DNA of 64,000 nucleotides from a virus: IMG/VR virus record IMGVR_UViG_3300036799_000060. The stretch is one strand, 5' to 3'. The notes beneath the pieces were generated by a model. It had not been told where the DNA came from and ran no database searches. It saw only the letters and a program-made list of their open reading frames with translations. The position numbers and the translations under genes were made by a program. Below are positions 7,667 through 15,466 of the stretch, piece by piece. How positions within the stretch are numbered: position 1 is the first letter of the stretch; each line of letters begins with the position of its first letter.

Positions 7667-7850
7667 CGCATGTGAGTGCCATAGCTCACTGCACGGCCCA
7701 GATGGGTGCGGTGCCCTGGCTGAGTGGCGCTGGCACTTCCCTGCTGGGCAAACCCTGCCCCACGAACCTGGGTACATCGACCTGTGCCAGGCGTGCAAGA
7801 CGGAGTGGAGACGCCACGGCCTGTCCCCTGTCAAGGTGGTGCGGCTATGA
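7656..7850 (+). CDS. small Cys-rich (zinc-ribbon-like) protein (64 aa)
   Basis: Listed ORF with CEC...C...CQAC cysteines. Overlaps both neighbours (ATGA at 7847-7850). Confidence 0.5.
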   Translation: MAASACECHSSLHGPDGCGALAEWRWHFPAGQTLPHEPGYIDLCQACKTEWRRHGLSPVKVVRL

Positions 7851-8200
7851 AGTGCACAGGCGGCAAGGATGTGGAACGCCTGGAGCTACAGGTGAACCGC
7901 CCCCCACGGGCGTGGCACAGGCGCGGGGGGCGCTGCCCCCACCAGATCTGGCGTGCTGGGCGCCTGGTGTACGACGGGGCACAGATCCCAGTCACCTGGG
8001 ACTGGGGGCCGCAGGTGGGCAGGTGCACTGGCGTGCGCGTCACAGAGGCGGGCCTGGTGGCGAGCGTAGAGATAGACAGGCCCATCCCAGCAGGGACACT
8101 GGCCGAGGGTATGAGCTTCAGGGTCAGGCACCAGGGCAGCATCGCAAGCCAGTGGCTAGAGGTACGCGTAGGCGACACATGCAGGGTCCTCCCTATCTAG
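7847..8200 (+). CDS. hypothetical protein (117 aa)
   Basis: ATG 7847 (MKCTGGKDVERLELQV...) within listed ORF 7724-8200. ATGA overlap with the upstream stop. Confidence 0.55.
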   Translation: MKCTGGKDVERLELQVNRPPRAWHRRGGRCPHQIWRAGRLVYDGAQIPVTWDWGPQVGRCTGVRVTEAGLVASVEIDRPIPAGTLAEGMSFRVRHQGSIASQWLEVRVGDTCRVLPI

Positions 8201-8431
8201 GGTCTGATCTACCACCCCCGCCCCCGCCCGGCTGTGCCGGGACTCCTAGCACCGCGATGGTGGAGTGCCAAGGGACTCCACCCACCCCGCACGGTGGCAC
8301 CCGGCCCCGCTGGCAGGGCCAGCAGATAGCCCGGTCACCATCCCGCGTACGACTCCGCGCCGCAGCCAGTGTGTGCGTGTGTTCACGCGTTGGCGTTGCT
8401 CGTCACGCGCTGTGAAAACACTTGAGACAGT

Positions 8432-9076
8432 TTGGGGCCAATAGTGGACGAGTGGGTGGCTGTGCAGCGGGCGGCGCTGGGCCTGGCGCCTAGGCAGGAC
8501 GATGACGACCTGCCCTCGTTTGTGGGCGAGGTGGATGAGGATGGCCTGGTCGCTGACGCGGAGGAGATGGCGCAGGAGGTTAGCGAGCTTGCGAGGTTCA
8601 ACCCGAACCATGCCCCGCCTGGCTCGGCGGCGGGTGGCCAGTTCACTACTGGCGGGGGCGGCCCTGGCGGGCGAAGTGACGCGCCGGGTACGGCGACGCG
8701 CAAGCGTCGGCTTCACCGGGAGGCGGCGCATCTCCGGGAGCAGGCGCGGGAACTCGCGGCCCAGATAGCTGGCCTGGTGAAGGAGCTGCGGGGGGCGGCG
8801 CGGGCTTCGAAGGCGGCGAAGGCGACGCATGCGGCTTCGAAGCGGGCGGCGGCGTCGGCGGCGAAGGGCGCGAAGGCGGCGAAGAACGCGAAGCCGGGGC
8901 AGAACGCGGCGAAGGCGAAGGCCAAGACGGTGCATCACAGGGCCGCGCAGTCGGCGGCGGCGAAGGCGGCTGGCCGGGTGGTGGTGCTGCATAAGCGGAT
9001 CTTGGGTTTGCGGCATCGCATCCGGGAGCTGCGGGCGCAGGCGGACCGGCTGGACGCGAAGGCGAACTCGCTGTGA
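8432..9076 (+). CDS. Ala/Lys-rich protein with N-terminal NPxH...GGQF motif (histone-H1-like tail)
   Basis: Listed ORF (TTG 8432 or GTG 8444). Acidic N-terminus, FNPNHAPPGSAAGGQF, then AKAAKATHAASKRAAASAAKGAKAAKNAKPGQNAAKAKAK low-complexity and a C-terminal coiled coil. Confidence 0.6.
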   Translation: MGPIVDEWVAVQRAALGLAPRQDDDDLPSFVGEVDEDGLVADAEEMAQEVSELARFNPNHAPPGSAAGGQFTTGGGGPGGRSDAPGTATRKRRLHREAAHLREQARELAAQIAGLVKELRGAARASKAAKATHAASKRAAASAAKGAKAAKNAKPGQNAAKAKAKTVHHRAAQSAAAKAAGRVVVLHKRILGLRHRIRELRAQADRLDAKANSL

Positions 9077-9090
9077 GCGAGGCATGTGTG

Positions 9091-9210
9091 ATGCTGCCGT
9101 CCCGGGCTTTGTGGCTGATCTGGCGGGGCAGGCTGGCCAGGGCGGCTGCCTGGGTTGCTGCTAGCTGCTGTTTGCTGGCTCTTGCCCTGGCTGTGGGCTG
9201 CGGCCTGTAG
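9091..9210 (+). CDS. possible small membrane protein (39 aa)
   Basis: Unlisted ORF from ATG 9091, product MLPSRALWLIWRGRLARAAAWVAASCCLLALALAVGCGL. Moderate GC3. Fills the 9076-9222 gap. Confidence 0.25.
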   Translation: MLPSRALWLIWRGRLARAAAWVAASCCLLALALAVGCGL

Positions 9211-9221
9211 GGTGGCGAGCC

Positions 9222-9602
9222 GTGGCCGCGCTGACGATCGACGTTGACCTGTCTGAGGTGCTGGCTGGGCAGCGGTCGATCCTGGCGAACCAGGCTACGA
9301 TCTTGACGGCTCTATCGAACCTCACAGACAAGGTGGGTACGTTGGCTACTCAGGCGGATGTGGATGCGCTGTCCGGGCGTGTGCAGGTGCTCACCGACGC
9401 GGTAAACACGGGCGTGGGGGCGCTGAAAACCTCGCTGGCTGGCATCCGCCAGGACATCAGCGACCTGAAGAACGCCAACCCGGCCCTGGACCTGTCGTCG
9501 CTGTCGGCCAACGTGGCGGCGGCCGAGGCGGCGGTGGGGACGCTCGGCGGGCAGGTGGCCGACGCGGGCGAGCTGGACGCCGAGAACCCGGCGACGCCGT
9601 AG
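9222..9602 (+). CDS. coiled-coil, fibre-like protein (126 aa)
   Basis: Listed ORF. Heptad-like, Ala/Leu/Thr-rich sequence (LANQATILTALSNLTDKVGTLATQADVDALSGRVQVLTDAVN...). Confidence 0.55.
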   Translation: MAALTIDVDLSEVLAGQRSILANQATILTALSNLTDKVGTLATQADVDALSGRVQVLTDAVNTGVGALKTSLAGIRQDISDLKNANPALDLSSLSANVAAAEAAVGTLGGQVADAGELDAENPATP

Positions 9603-9604
9603 CT

Positions 9605-10321
9605 GTGCTGTTCGGGGCGAATCAGAACCACTACCCGGAGATGGCCGCTAGGGTCCACGGGATGAGTGTGCAGCGCTCGTATAAGCCGATGGCTCTGGGC
9701 TGGCCGGTGATGCCGGACGGGCAGGTGGCGCACTGGTCGATCCGCCCGGATCGTGACGCGCTGCTGGCGGGCGAGCTGGACGCTGGCCTGGTGTCGCTGC
9801 TGGGGGAGGCGCCGCCGGGTTCGCTGCTGACGGGCTGGCACGAGGCCGAGCACGCCGACCTGCCGGGCACGGTGGCGCAGCAGCAGGCGTGGGTGCACGG
9901 CATCCACACCTACCTGCACCACCTGGTGCACGACACCCGGTCCGATGTGCTGTATGGGCCGGTGACGACGATGGGCTCCGGGCGTGGCTGGGTGGTTCCG
10001 GGGATGGACTTCTACGGCGTGGATCTGTACGACCTGCACGGCACCACTGATCCGAAGGCGGCGCTGTCGGCCTGGTCGGCGAAGATGCCGGACACTGGGT
10101 ACCGGGTGGTGGCGGAGACCAACTCGTCGGTGAAGGGGCACCGGCCGTCGTGGTTCAAGGCGGTGTATGAGTGGCTGGCTGGGAACCACGGGATTGCGCT
10201 GGAGACGTTCTGGCTGCCGTCAGGGCCGCTGTCGGGGCCGTGGGTAGATGATGACTGGCCGACGATCTCGGCGCTGCGCCGGGTGGCGGAGTCGGCGGGC
10301 CGCCCGCCGTGGCGGCCGTGA
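9605..10321 (+). CDS. putative glycoside hydrolase-like protein (238 aa)
   Basis: Listed ORF. TGWHEAEH and VVAETNS resemble the acid/base and nucleophile Glu motifs of clan GH-A (GH26/GH5-like) TIM-barrel enzymes. This assignment is from memory only. Confidence 0.4.
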   Translation: MLFGANQNHYPEMAARVHGMSVQRSYKPMALGWPVMPDGQVAHWSIRPDRDALLAGELDAGLVSLLGEAPPGSLLTGWHEAEHADLPGTVAQQQAWVHGIHTYLHHLVHDTRSDVLYGPVTTMGSGRGWVVPGMDFYGVDLYDLHGTTDPKAALSAWSAKMPDTGYRVVAETNSSVKGHRPSWFKAVYEWLAGNHGIALETFWLPSGPLSGPWVDDDWPTISALRRVAESAGRPPWRP

Positions 10322-10608
10322 CTGAGATCGGGCAGGTGGATGCAGACCACCCGGCTGCTGACCGGCCCAGCCCGCATGAGGGTTGCGGCTGGTTTATGCC
10401 AGAGCTTTATTGTCCAGAGCATGGCAACTACGACATGACATTTCTGTCGGTCAAGAAAGGCCCACTCACGCACGTGAAAGCGGTACTCGGAATGCCCCGT
10501 GAGACCGATCCGAGGGCAAACCGCAGATCAGGAGGTAGCGGAGACGCACGAGATCGGGGAGTGGATCGATCCGCATGCCTAGAGAGCAGGAGATCTCGGT
10601 CAAGGTGA
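10318..10608 (+). CDS. possible small protein (96 aa)
   Basis: GTG 10318 forms a GTGA overlap with the upstream stop. CGWFMPELYCPEHG motif. GC3 is weaker than in neighbours and the 3' third overlaps the next gene. Confidence 0.3.
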   Translation: MTEIGQVDADHPAADRPSPHEGCGWFMPELYCPEHGNYDMTFLSVKKGPLTHVKAVLGMPRETDPRANRRSGGSGDARDRGVDRSACLESRRSRSR

Positions 10609-10805
10609 ACGTCATCCCGGAGATCGGCGAGGTGCGGCGGGTGTCGCTCGGCCCGCATGACCGGCTGGTGGTGATGGTGCCTGAGAAGATCACCGTGCAG
10701 CAGCGGGGCCAGCTCCGGGATCGCTGCGCGGCGGTGTTCGGCCCGGATTACCCGGTGCTGATTCTTGACGGCGGGATGGACTTGGCGGTGATTGACGATG
10801 CCTGA
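10575..10805 (+). CDS. hypothetical small protein (76 aa)
   Basis: Listed ORF with GC3 bias. Confidence 0.5.
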   Translation: MPREQEISVKVNVIPEIGEVRRVSLGPHDRLVVMVPEKITVQQRGQLRDRCAAVFGPDYPVLILDGGMDLAVIDDA

Positions 10806-11043
10806 GATCGTGGCGGACGCCGAGCGGATGCTGGTGCCCAAGCCGGGGCCGGATCAGGTTGTGCTGGCGATCTGCGGCGACGATGGGGCGATCTGCTGGA
10901 CGATCGGCGATAAGGCGACGATGGGTGAGCCGGGCATCATGGGGGCGCTGATCGGCTGCCTGGAAGATGGGCAGCGGATACTGCGGGAGCGTCCCCCCAC
11001 GGTGATCGGCGGGAACTCGTTCCGCACGTTCTTGACCCCGTAG
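10798..11043 (+). CDS. hypothetical small protein (81 aa)
   Basis: ATG 10798 overlaps the upstream stop. Lies within listed ORF 10792-11043. Confidence 0.5.
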   Translation: MPEIVADAERMLVPKPGPDQVVLAICGDDGAICWTIGDKATMGEPGIMGALIGCLEDGQRILRERPPTVIGGNSFRTFLTP

Positions 11044-11058
11044 CACCACCCGCACGAA

Positions 11059-11095
11059 CTGACGGCCCCGGTGTCCGCTCCCCCGGGGCCGTCAG
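11059..11095 (+). terminator. hairpin, putative terminator or attenuator upstream of the terminase genes
   Basis: 13-bp stem CTGACGGCCCCGG / CCGGGGCCGTCAG with an 11-nt loop, directly after the stop at 11043. Confidence 0.5.
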
Positions 11096-11120
11096 CATTC
11101 CGGCTGAAGGGAGACGGGGC

Positions 11121-11579
11121 ATGGAGATGATCTGCCAGGGGCCTGACTGCGGGATCGTGTTCGAGGCGAAGCGGAAGAACGCGAAGTACCACGACAAGGC
11201 ATGCTCTGTCCGGGCCAGCCGCGCCGGTCGGCTGGGTGAGGCGACCCCGGCTGGGCCGGGCCGTGGCAGGCGGGTGCCGGTGGCGGTGGCGTCCGAGCTA
11301 GGGCGGACGACGCGGCGGGCGCTTGAGGCGGTGGACCGGGTGGACACGTGGGCCGGGCAGGCGGCGCTCGTGCTCGCGGCGCGGATCGACCGGGGCGGCG
11401 CGGAGACGGGCTCGGCTCTCGCGTCGATGATCAAGGAACATGCGCTGGCGATGGACCGGGCGCTGGCCGAGGCCCGGCAGGGCGACCCGGTGGAGGCGCT
11501 TCAGGACGGGGTGGCCAAGCGGGCCGCCGACGATGTGGCCAGGCAGCGCGAGAAGCATGGCAACGCTTCAGCTAGTTGA
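11121..11579 (+). CDS. terminase small subunit (putative)
   Basis: Position immediately upstream of and overlapping TerL. N-terminal zinc-finger-like CQGPDCG...KYHDKAC followed by a helical region, as in many actinophage small terminases. Confidence 0.6.
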   Translation: MEMICQGPDCGIVFEAKRKNAKYHDKACSVRASRAGRLGEATPAGPGRGRRVPVAVASELGRTTRRALEAVDRVDTWAGQAALVLAARIDRGGAETGSALASMIKEHALAMDRALAEARQGDPVEALQDGVAKRAADDVARQREKHGNASAS

Positions 11580-13071
11580 GCCTGCCTACTGGCATCTGGC
11601 CGAGTCGTTCCGCACCGAGGGGCCTGCGGTAGCGGACCTGTGCGACGGGGCCAGCTACTCGCCGGACGGCGAGCAGCGGATGCTCCTGGACGGGATCTTC
11701 GCCAAGACGGCTGCGGGTAAGAGCGTGGCGTTCGCCATTGCGATCCTGGCGTGCCGCCAGAACATCAAGACATCCACTGAGAAGATGGCGGCGCTCGGGT
11801 GGCTGTTCCTGTTCCACATCGACCCGATCATCTGGACTTCGCACGAGTGGGATCAGGTCACCGAGTCGTTCCGCGGCCTGGACGAGATCATTGCCGGTTC
11901 GCCGTATCTGTCGCGGCAGATGCGCAGCATCAACCGGGCGCAGCGGGACATGGAGATCGTGACCCGCCGTGGCGGGCGGATGCTGTTCAAGACGAGGACG
12001 CCGGGCGGCGGCCGTGGCCTTACCGGGGAAAAGGTGATCCTGGACGAGGCGTGGAAGCTGCGGGCGACGCATGTCGGGTCGCTGACGCCCACGATGAGCG
12101 CCCGGTCGATCACGGGCGATCCGCAGATCGTCTACGGCTCCAGCGCGGCGCATGAGGATTCCGAGGTGCTGCACCCGCTGATTGAGCGCGGGCGGGCGGC
12201 GGCGACAGATCCACGTGCGGCGCTGCTGGAGCGGCGGCTGATGTTCGCCGAGTGGTGCGCTCCGCCCCCGGAGATCGCCTGCGATCGTGGGAGCCGGTGC
12301 ACGCATGACCTCGACACACCGGGCTGCGGCTGTGACAAGCCCGAGTTCATCCGCATGGGGAACCCGGCGCTGGACCGGCGGATCGACCTGGAGTTCATCC
12401 AGACGGCTGAGCGGCGGGATATGCCGCCGCACGAGTTCGGCCGCGAGCGGATGGGCTGGCATGACAAGCCGCCGGGGCAGGGCCAGGTGATCCCGCTGCT
12501 GGAGTGGGCGGCTGGCCTGGACGCCAAGTCCAACCCGGGGTCTACGTTTGCCCTGTCCGTCGTCTACACGTGGGACAAGAAGCGGGCGGCGATCGGCCTG
12601 GCGGGGCGGCGGCCGAGGGACCACGGCTGGCATGTGGAGATCGCCGACCTGCTGGACACCACGGCGCTGCTGCCACGGCTGAAGGCGATCATTGCGAAGG
12701 CGCGCAAGCGGGGGCGCACATGCTGCGGTATCGCGGTCGACCGGGGCGCGTTCGAGGCCGAGTGCATCCCGTCGCTGGAGCGGGCGCATCTGCCGGTGGT
12801 GCGGATGGGCACGGCCGAGGTGGCGGCGGCCTACTCGGGGTTCTACAACTCGGTGATGGCCGGGCATGACCTGTTCCACCGTGGCCAGGATGACCTGACT
12901 CTCGCGCTCATGGGCGCGTCCACCCGTACGGTGGGCGACGCCGGGGAGGCGTGGGGGCGGCGGATCTCCGGTATCGAGATCGCCCCGATTGTGGCAGTAA
13001 CGAACGCCCGGTGGCTGCATGACCGTGAGGCGCCGGACGAGGTGAGCGAACCGGGAGCGTGGGCGCTGTGA
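11557..13071 (+). CDS. terminase large subunit
   Basis: 504 aa from ATG 11557. ATPase-like AILACRQN(I/K)T and VILDEAW (Walker B-like) motifs, then a nuclease-type C-terminal half. Gene order is TerS-TerL-HNH-portal. Confidence 0.85.
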   Translation: MATLQLVEPAYWHLAESFRTEGPAVADLCDGASYSPDGEQRMLLDGIFAKTAAGKSVAFAIAILACRQNIKTSTEKMAALGWLFLFHIDPIIWTSHEWDQVTESFRGLDEIIAGSPYLSRQMRSINRAQRDMEIVTRRGGRMLFKTRTPGGGRGLTGEKVILDEAWKLRATHVGSLTPTMSARSITGDPQIVYGSSAAHEDSEVLHPLIERGRAAATDPRAALLERRLMFAEWCAPPPEIACDRGSRCTHDLDTPGCGCDKPEFIRMGNPALDRRIDLEFIQTAERRDMPPHEFGRERMGWHDKPPGQGQVIPLLEWAAGLDAKSNPGSTFALSVVYTWDKKRAAIGLAGRRPRDHGWHVEIADLLDTTALLPRLKAIIAKARKRGRTCCGIAVDRGAFEAECIPSLERAHLPVVRMGTAEVAAAYSGFYNSVMAGHDLFHRGQDDLTLALMGASTRTVGDAGEAWGRRISGIEIAPIVAVTNARWLHDREAPDEVSEPGAWAL

Positions 13072-13223
13072 GCGCAGGTGGTGCAGGTGATAGCAACAGC
13101 CGGGCCGTGGAGCGGGAGGAGAACCTGAAGCGGCTCGTTGCGGCGCTGGTGGCAGAGTTCGGTGCCCGCAAGGTATACGGGGTGGCTGAGCAGTTGTGGC
13201 TGAAGTCCACCACCGATGAGTGA
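13068..13223 (+). CDS. small hypothetical protein (51 aa)
   Basis: Unlisted ORF. GTG 13068 overlaps the TerL stop (GTGA) and its own stop overlaps the HNH start. GC3 bias. Confidence 0.4.
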   Translation: MSAGGAGDSNSRAVEREENLKRLVAALVAEFGARKVYGVAEQLWLKSTTDE

Positions 13224-13605
13224 CGCCGGGCCGCTGCCCTACGTGGAGTGGACACCCCCACCGGTTACCGGGCTAGCTGCGCCGGTCGCGGGTGAGCGGG
13301 TGCGGCTGGTGATCACCAGCGGTGTGGTGGAGCTTCAGCCGTGCGGCCTGTACGCCTCCCATTTCCACCCGATGCCTGAGAAGCATCACGTAGTGCCCGA
13401 GTCGTGGTGGGTGAAGGCAGGCAAGCCGGTCGCGTCGCCGATGAAGCTGCTTTGCCCGAACTGCCACTACTCCACCCACGTGGCGCTAGACGGGATTTTG
13501 CGCGGGCTGGACGTGGGCCTGCTGCCGCCCCGGTGCGTGGTGCTGGCGCGGGAGGGGATCGCTGGCGCCGAGGCGGCGGGGCTCACCCCGGCGCTGACCC
13601 TGTAG
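13216..13605 (+). CDS. HNH endonuclease (terminase-associated)
   Basis: HHVVPESWW...CPNCHYSTH is a classic HNH core. It lies between terminase and portal, as in HK97-like cos phages. Confidence 0.8.
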   Translation: MSDAGPLPYVEWTPPPVTGLAAPVAGERVRLVITSGVVELQPCGLYASHFHPMPEKHHVVPESWWVKAGKPVASPMKLLCPNCHYSTHVALDGILRGLDVGLLPPRCVVLAREGIAGAEAAGLTPALTL

Positions 13606-13614
13606 GAGGGACCG

Positions 13615-13944
13615 ATGACCCAGGCAGCCGCCCTCATCGCCGTGCGGGCGCAGGTGCATGCCTGGCGCGGGTATGTGCGCGGCCAGGTGCATGAGCGGCG
13701 GTGGAAGCTGCGGCGCTACCTGTCCGCCCATTCAGCGGTGGTGCTGGTGCTCGCGGGCGGGCTCGGGGCGCTCGCCGGGGGCTGGCTGATCGGCCGCTGG
13801 TGCCTCGGCCTGGTGCTCATCGCCGAGTCGGTGTTCGCCATCTATGTGGGGCTGAACCGTGACGACGGCACCGACATGCCGATACGCGGTGCCCGCACCG
13901 TGGCGCAGGTGCTTGAGGACGAGAGGTACCGCCCGGACGAGTAG
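13615..13944 (+). CDS. membrane protein (109 aa, 2 TM)
   Basis: Listed ORF with hydrophobic AVVLVLAGGLGALAGGWLIGRWCLGLVLIAESVFAIYVGL. Confidence 0.55.
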   Translation: MTQAAALIAVRAQVHAWRGYVRGQVHERRWKLRRYLSAHSAVVLVLAGGLGALAGGWLIGRWCLGLVLIAESVFAIYVGLNRDDGTDMPIRGARTVAQVLEDERYRPDE

Positions 13945-13956
13945 CGAGGAGGGGCC

Positions 13957-15456
13957 GTGACGCGGCTGATCGACCGCTGGCTGTCGCGCGCCGACCAGCC
14001 TGGCTACAACGAGAACTACTACACCGGGGCGGAGTACGCCACCGGGCTGGACGTGTCCGGCCAAGGCCGGGAGGGCTCGCCGCAGGGGATCGTGCGGCTG
14101 GCCCGGCAGGCGTACCGGCAGAACGGGATCGTGTTCGCGTGCGAGGCCGTCAAGCAATGGCTGTTCTCCGAGGCCCGGTTCCAGTTCGAGGCGCTGGACG
14201 ACGGGCACATTTTCGGCGACACGTCGCTGCGGCTGCTGGAGCACCCGTGGCCGAACGGTGACAGCGGGAACCTGCTCGGCCGGGCGTGCAACGACGGCAG
14301 CATGGGCAACTGTTACTTCCGCAAGGCGGTCCCGGCTGGGGGCGGCGATCCGGTGCTGGTGCGGATGGTGCCGGAAAAGGTGACGATCATCAGCCAAGAG
14401 CTGGCCGACGATCTGGGCCGGACGTGGAAGCAGCCCATCGGCTACCTGGAGGACATGGGGCCGGGCCGCGAGCCGCAGATGTTCACCACCGAAGAGGTGG
14501 GGCATTTTGCGCCGCTGGTGGACCCGGATGCGGCGTGGCGGGGCATGTCGTGGCTGACGCCGATCCTGTCCGATGTCCGGTCGGACGCCAAGCTGACCGA
14601 GTACAAGACGTTCCACCTGGACAACGGCGCCATGCCGGGCCTGGTGATCAAGTACGCGGTGAAGCTGTCAAACAAGACGATCGACACGCTGCGCAAGCGG
14701 GTGCGGGCGAAGTACGGCGGCGCGGAGAACGCGGGGAACGTGCTGGTGCTGGACGAGGGCGCCGACCTGGCGGTGGCCGGATCGACGCTCGAACAGTTGC
14801 AGTACGACGCGGTGTCCAAGGCCGGTGAGCGGCGCGTGTGCGCGGCGGCGGGGCCGGGCCTGCTGGTGATCTGCGGGTTCGACAAGGGCGGCTACCAGGA
14901 GGCGATCCGCGAGCTGGCGGACCTGTGGGCGCGGCCGAACTGGCGGATGCTGTGCGCGTCGCTGGAGCACCTGATCCCGGGGCCGATGGCGAATCCCGAG
15001 GTGCCGGTGCGCCTGTGGTACGACGTGGGCGGCATCGCCGCGCTGCGCGAGGGCGAGTTGCAGCGGGCACAGGCGTTCCTGGTCAAGGCGCAGGGGCTCG
15101 CGTCGTCGGTGGCGGCGGGGTTCACCCGGCAGTCGGCGGTCAAGGCGGCCGAGACGGGCGACCTGGCGCTGCTGGTGCCGTCGCCGGATGCGCCGCCTCC
15201 GGGTGTGTCGGGGCGGGAGACCGCTACCGAGCGGCTGGGGCCGGGCGGGCAGATGCAGCAGCCGCCGACCGGCGGCCCGGCTGGGAACACGGCCGGGAGG
15301 CCGCCGCAGGGTGGCAGGCCGCAGCAGCTTGCCGGGGCGACGGCCCCGAACGTGCCGAATGCCAAGCCGGGTGCGGCGGCGGCGCTGCCGTCGCTGCCGC
15401 TGGGGGCGCGCGGCGGTACCGGGAACGCGAACGCCAACGGGAGTCCGAAGAAGTGA
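13957..15456 (+). CDS. portal protein (HK97 family)
   Basis: 499 aa in the expected position. The region GMSWLTPILSDVRSDAKLTEYKTFHLDNGAMPGLVIKY is typical of HK97-type portals. Gly/Pro-rich C-terminal tail. Confidence 0.85.
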   Translation: MTRLIDRWLSRADQPGYNENYYTGAEYATGLDVSGQGREGSPQGIVRLARQAYRQNGIVFACEAVKQWLFSEARFQFEALDDGHIFGDTSLRLLEHPWPNGDSGNLLGRACNDGSMGNCYFRKAVPAGGGDPVLVRMVPEKVTIISQELADDLGRTWKQPIGYLEDMGPGREPQMFTTEEVGHFAPLVDPDAAWRGMSWLTPILSDVRSDAKLTEYKTFHLDNGAMPGLVIKYAVKLSNKTIDTLRKRVRAKYGGAENAGNVLVLDEGADLAVAGSTLEQLQYDAVSKAGERRVCAAAGPGLLVICGFDKGGYQEAIRELADLWARPNWRMLCASLEHLIPGPMANPEVPVRLWYDVGGIAALREGELQRAQAFLVKAQGLASSVAAGFTRQSAVKAAETGDLALLVPSPDAPPPGVSGRETATERLGPGGQMQQPPTGGPAGNTAGRPPQGGRPQQLAGATAPNVPNAKPGAAAALPSLPLGARGGTGNANANGSPKK

Positions 15457-15466
15457 GGGAGGGCTT

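Noticed and set aside
7210-8415. 401-aa forward ORF spanning several small genes
   Set aside because: The product is low-complexity Arg/Pro/Gly/Ala-rich. It overlaps a chain of translationally coupled small ORFs (7170-8200) in other frames that have better composition.
8421-8450. Possible sigma-70-type promoter (TTGAGA) upstream of gene 8432, and the similar CTTGAGA motif at 58491-58502
   Set aside because: No acceptable -10 hexamer (TAnnnT) lies at 16-18 bp spacing in either case. The element is kept only as a low-confidence palindrome and motif observation.
8246-9085. 279-aa reverse ORF antisense to the Ala/Lys-rich protein gene
   Set aside because: The product is almost pure Arg/Leu/Pro repeats, the antisense of GCC/AAG-rich coding sequence.
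11572-13020. 482-aa reverse-strand ORF antisense to the large terminase, and similar long antisense ORFs: 1010-2005, 13732-14616, 14668-15771, 15224-16687, 17198-18205, 18145-19881, 21247-22263, 22387-23421, 23947-25908, 29023-30456, 30862-32082, 39658-40884, 41371-42513, 43403-45418
   Set aside because: These are typical shadow ORFs of high-GC DNA. They share third-codon positions with a recognisable forward gene. Their products are Arg/Pro/Gly/His-rich with no domain-like segments, and the forward frames carry clear family motifs.
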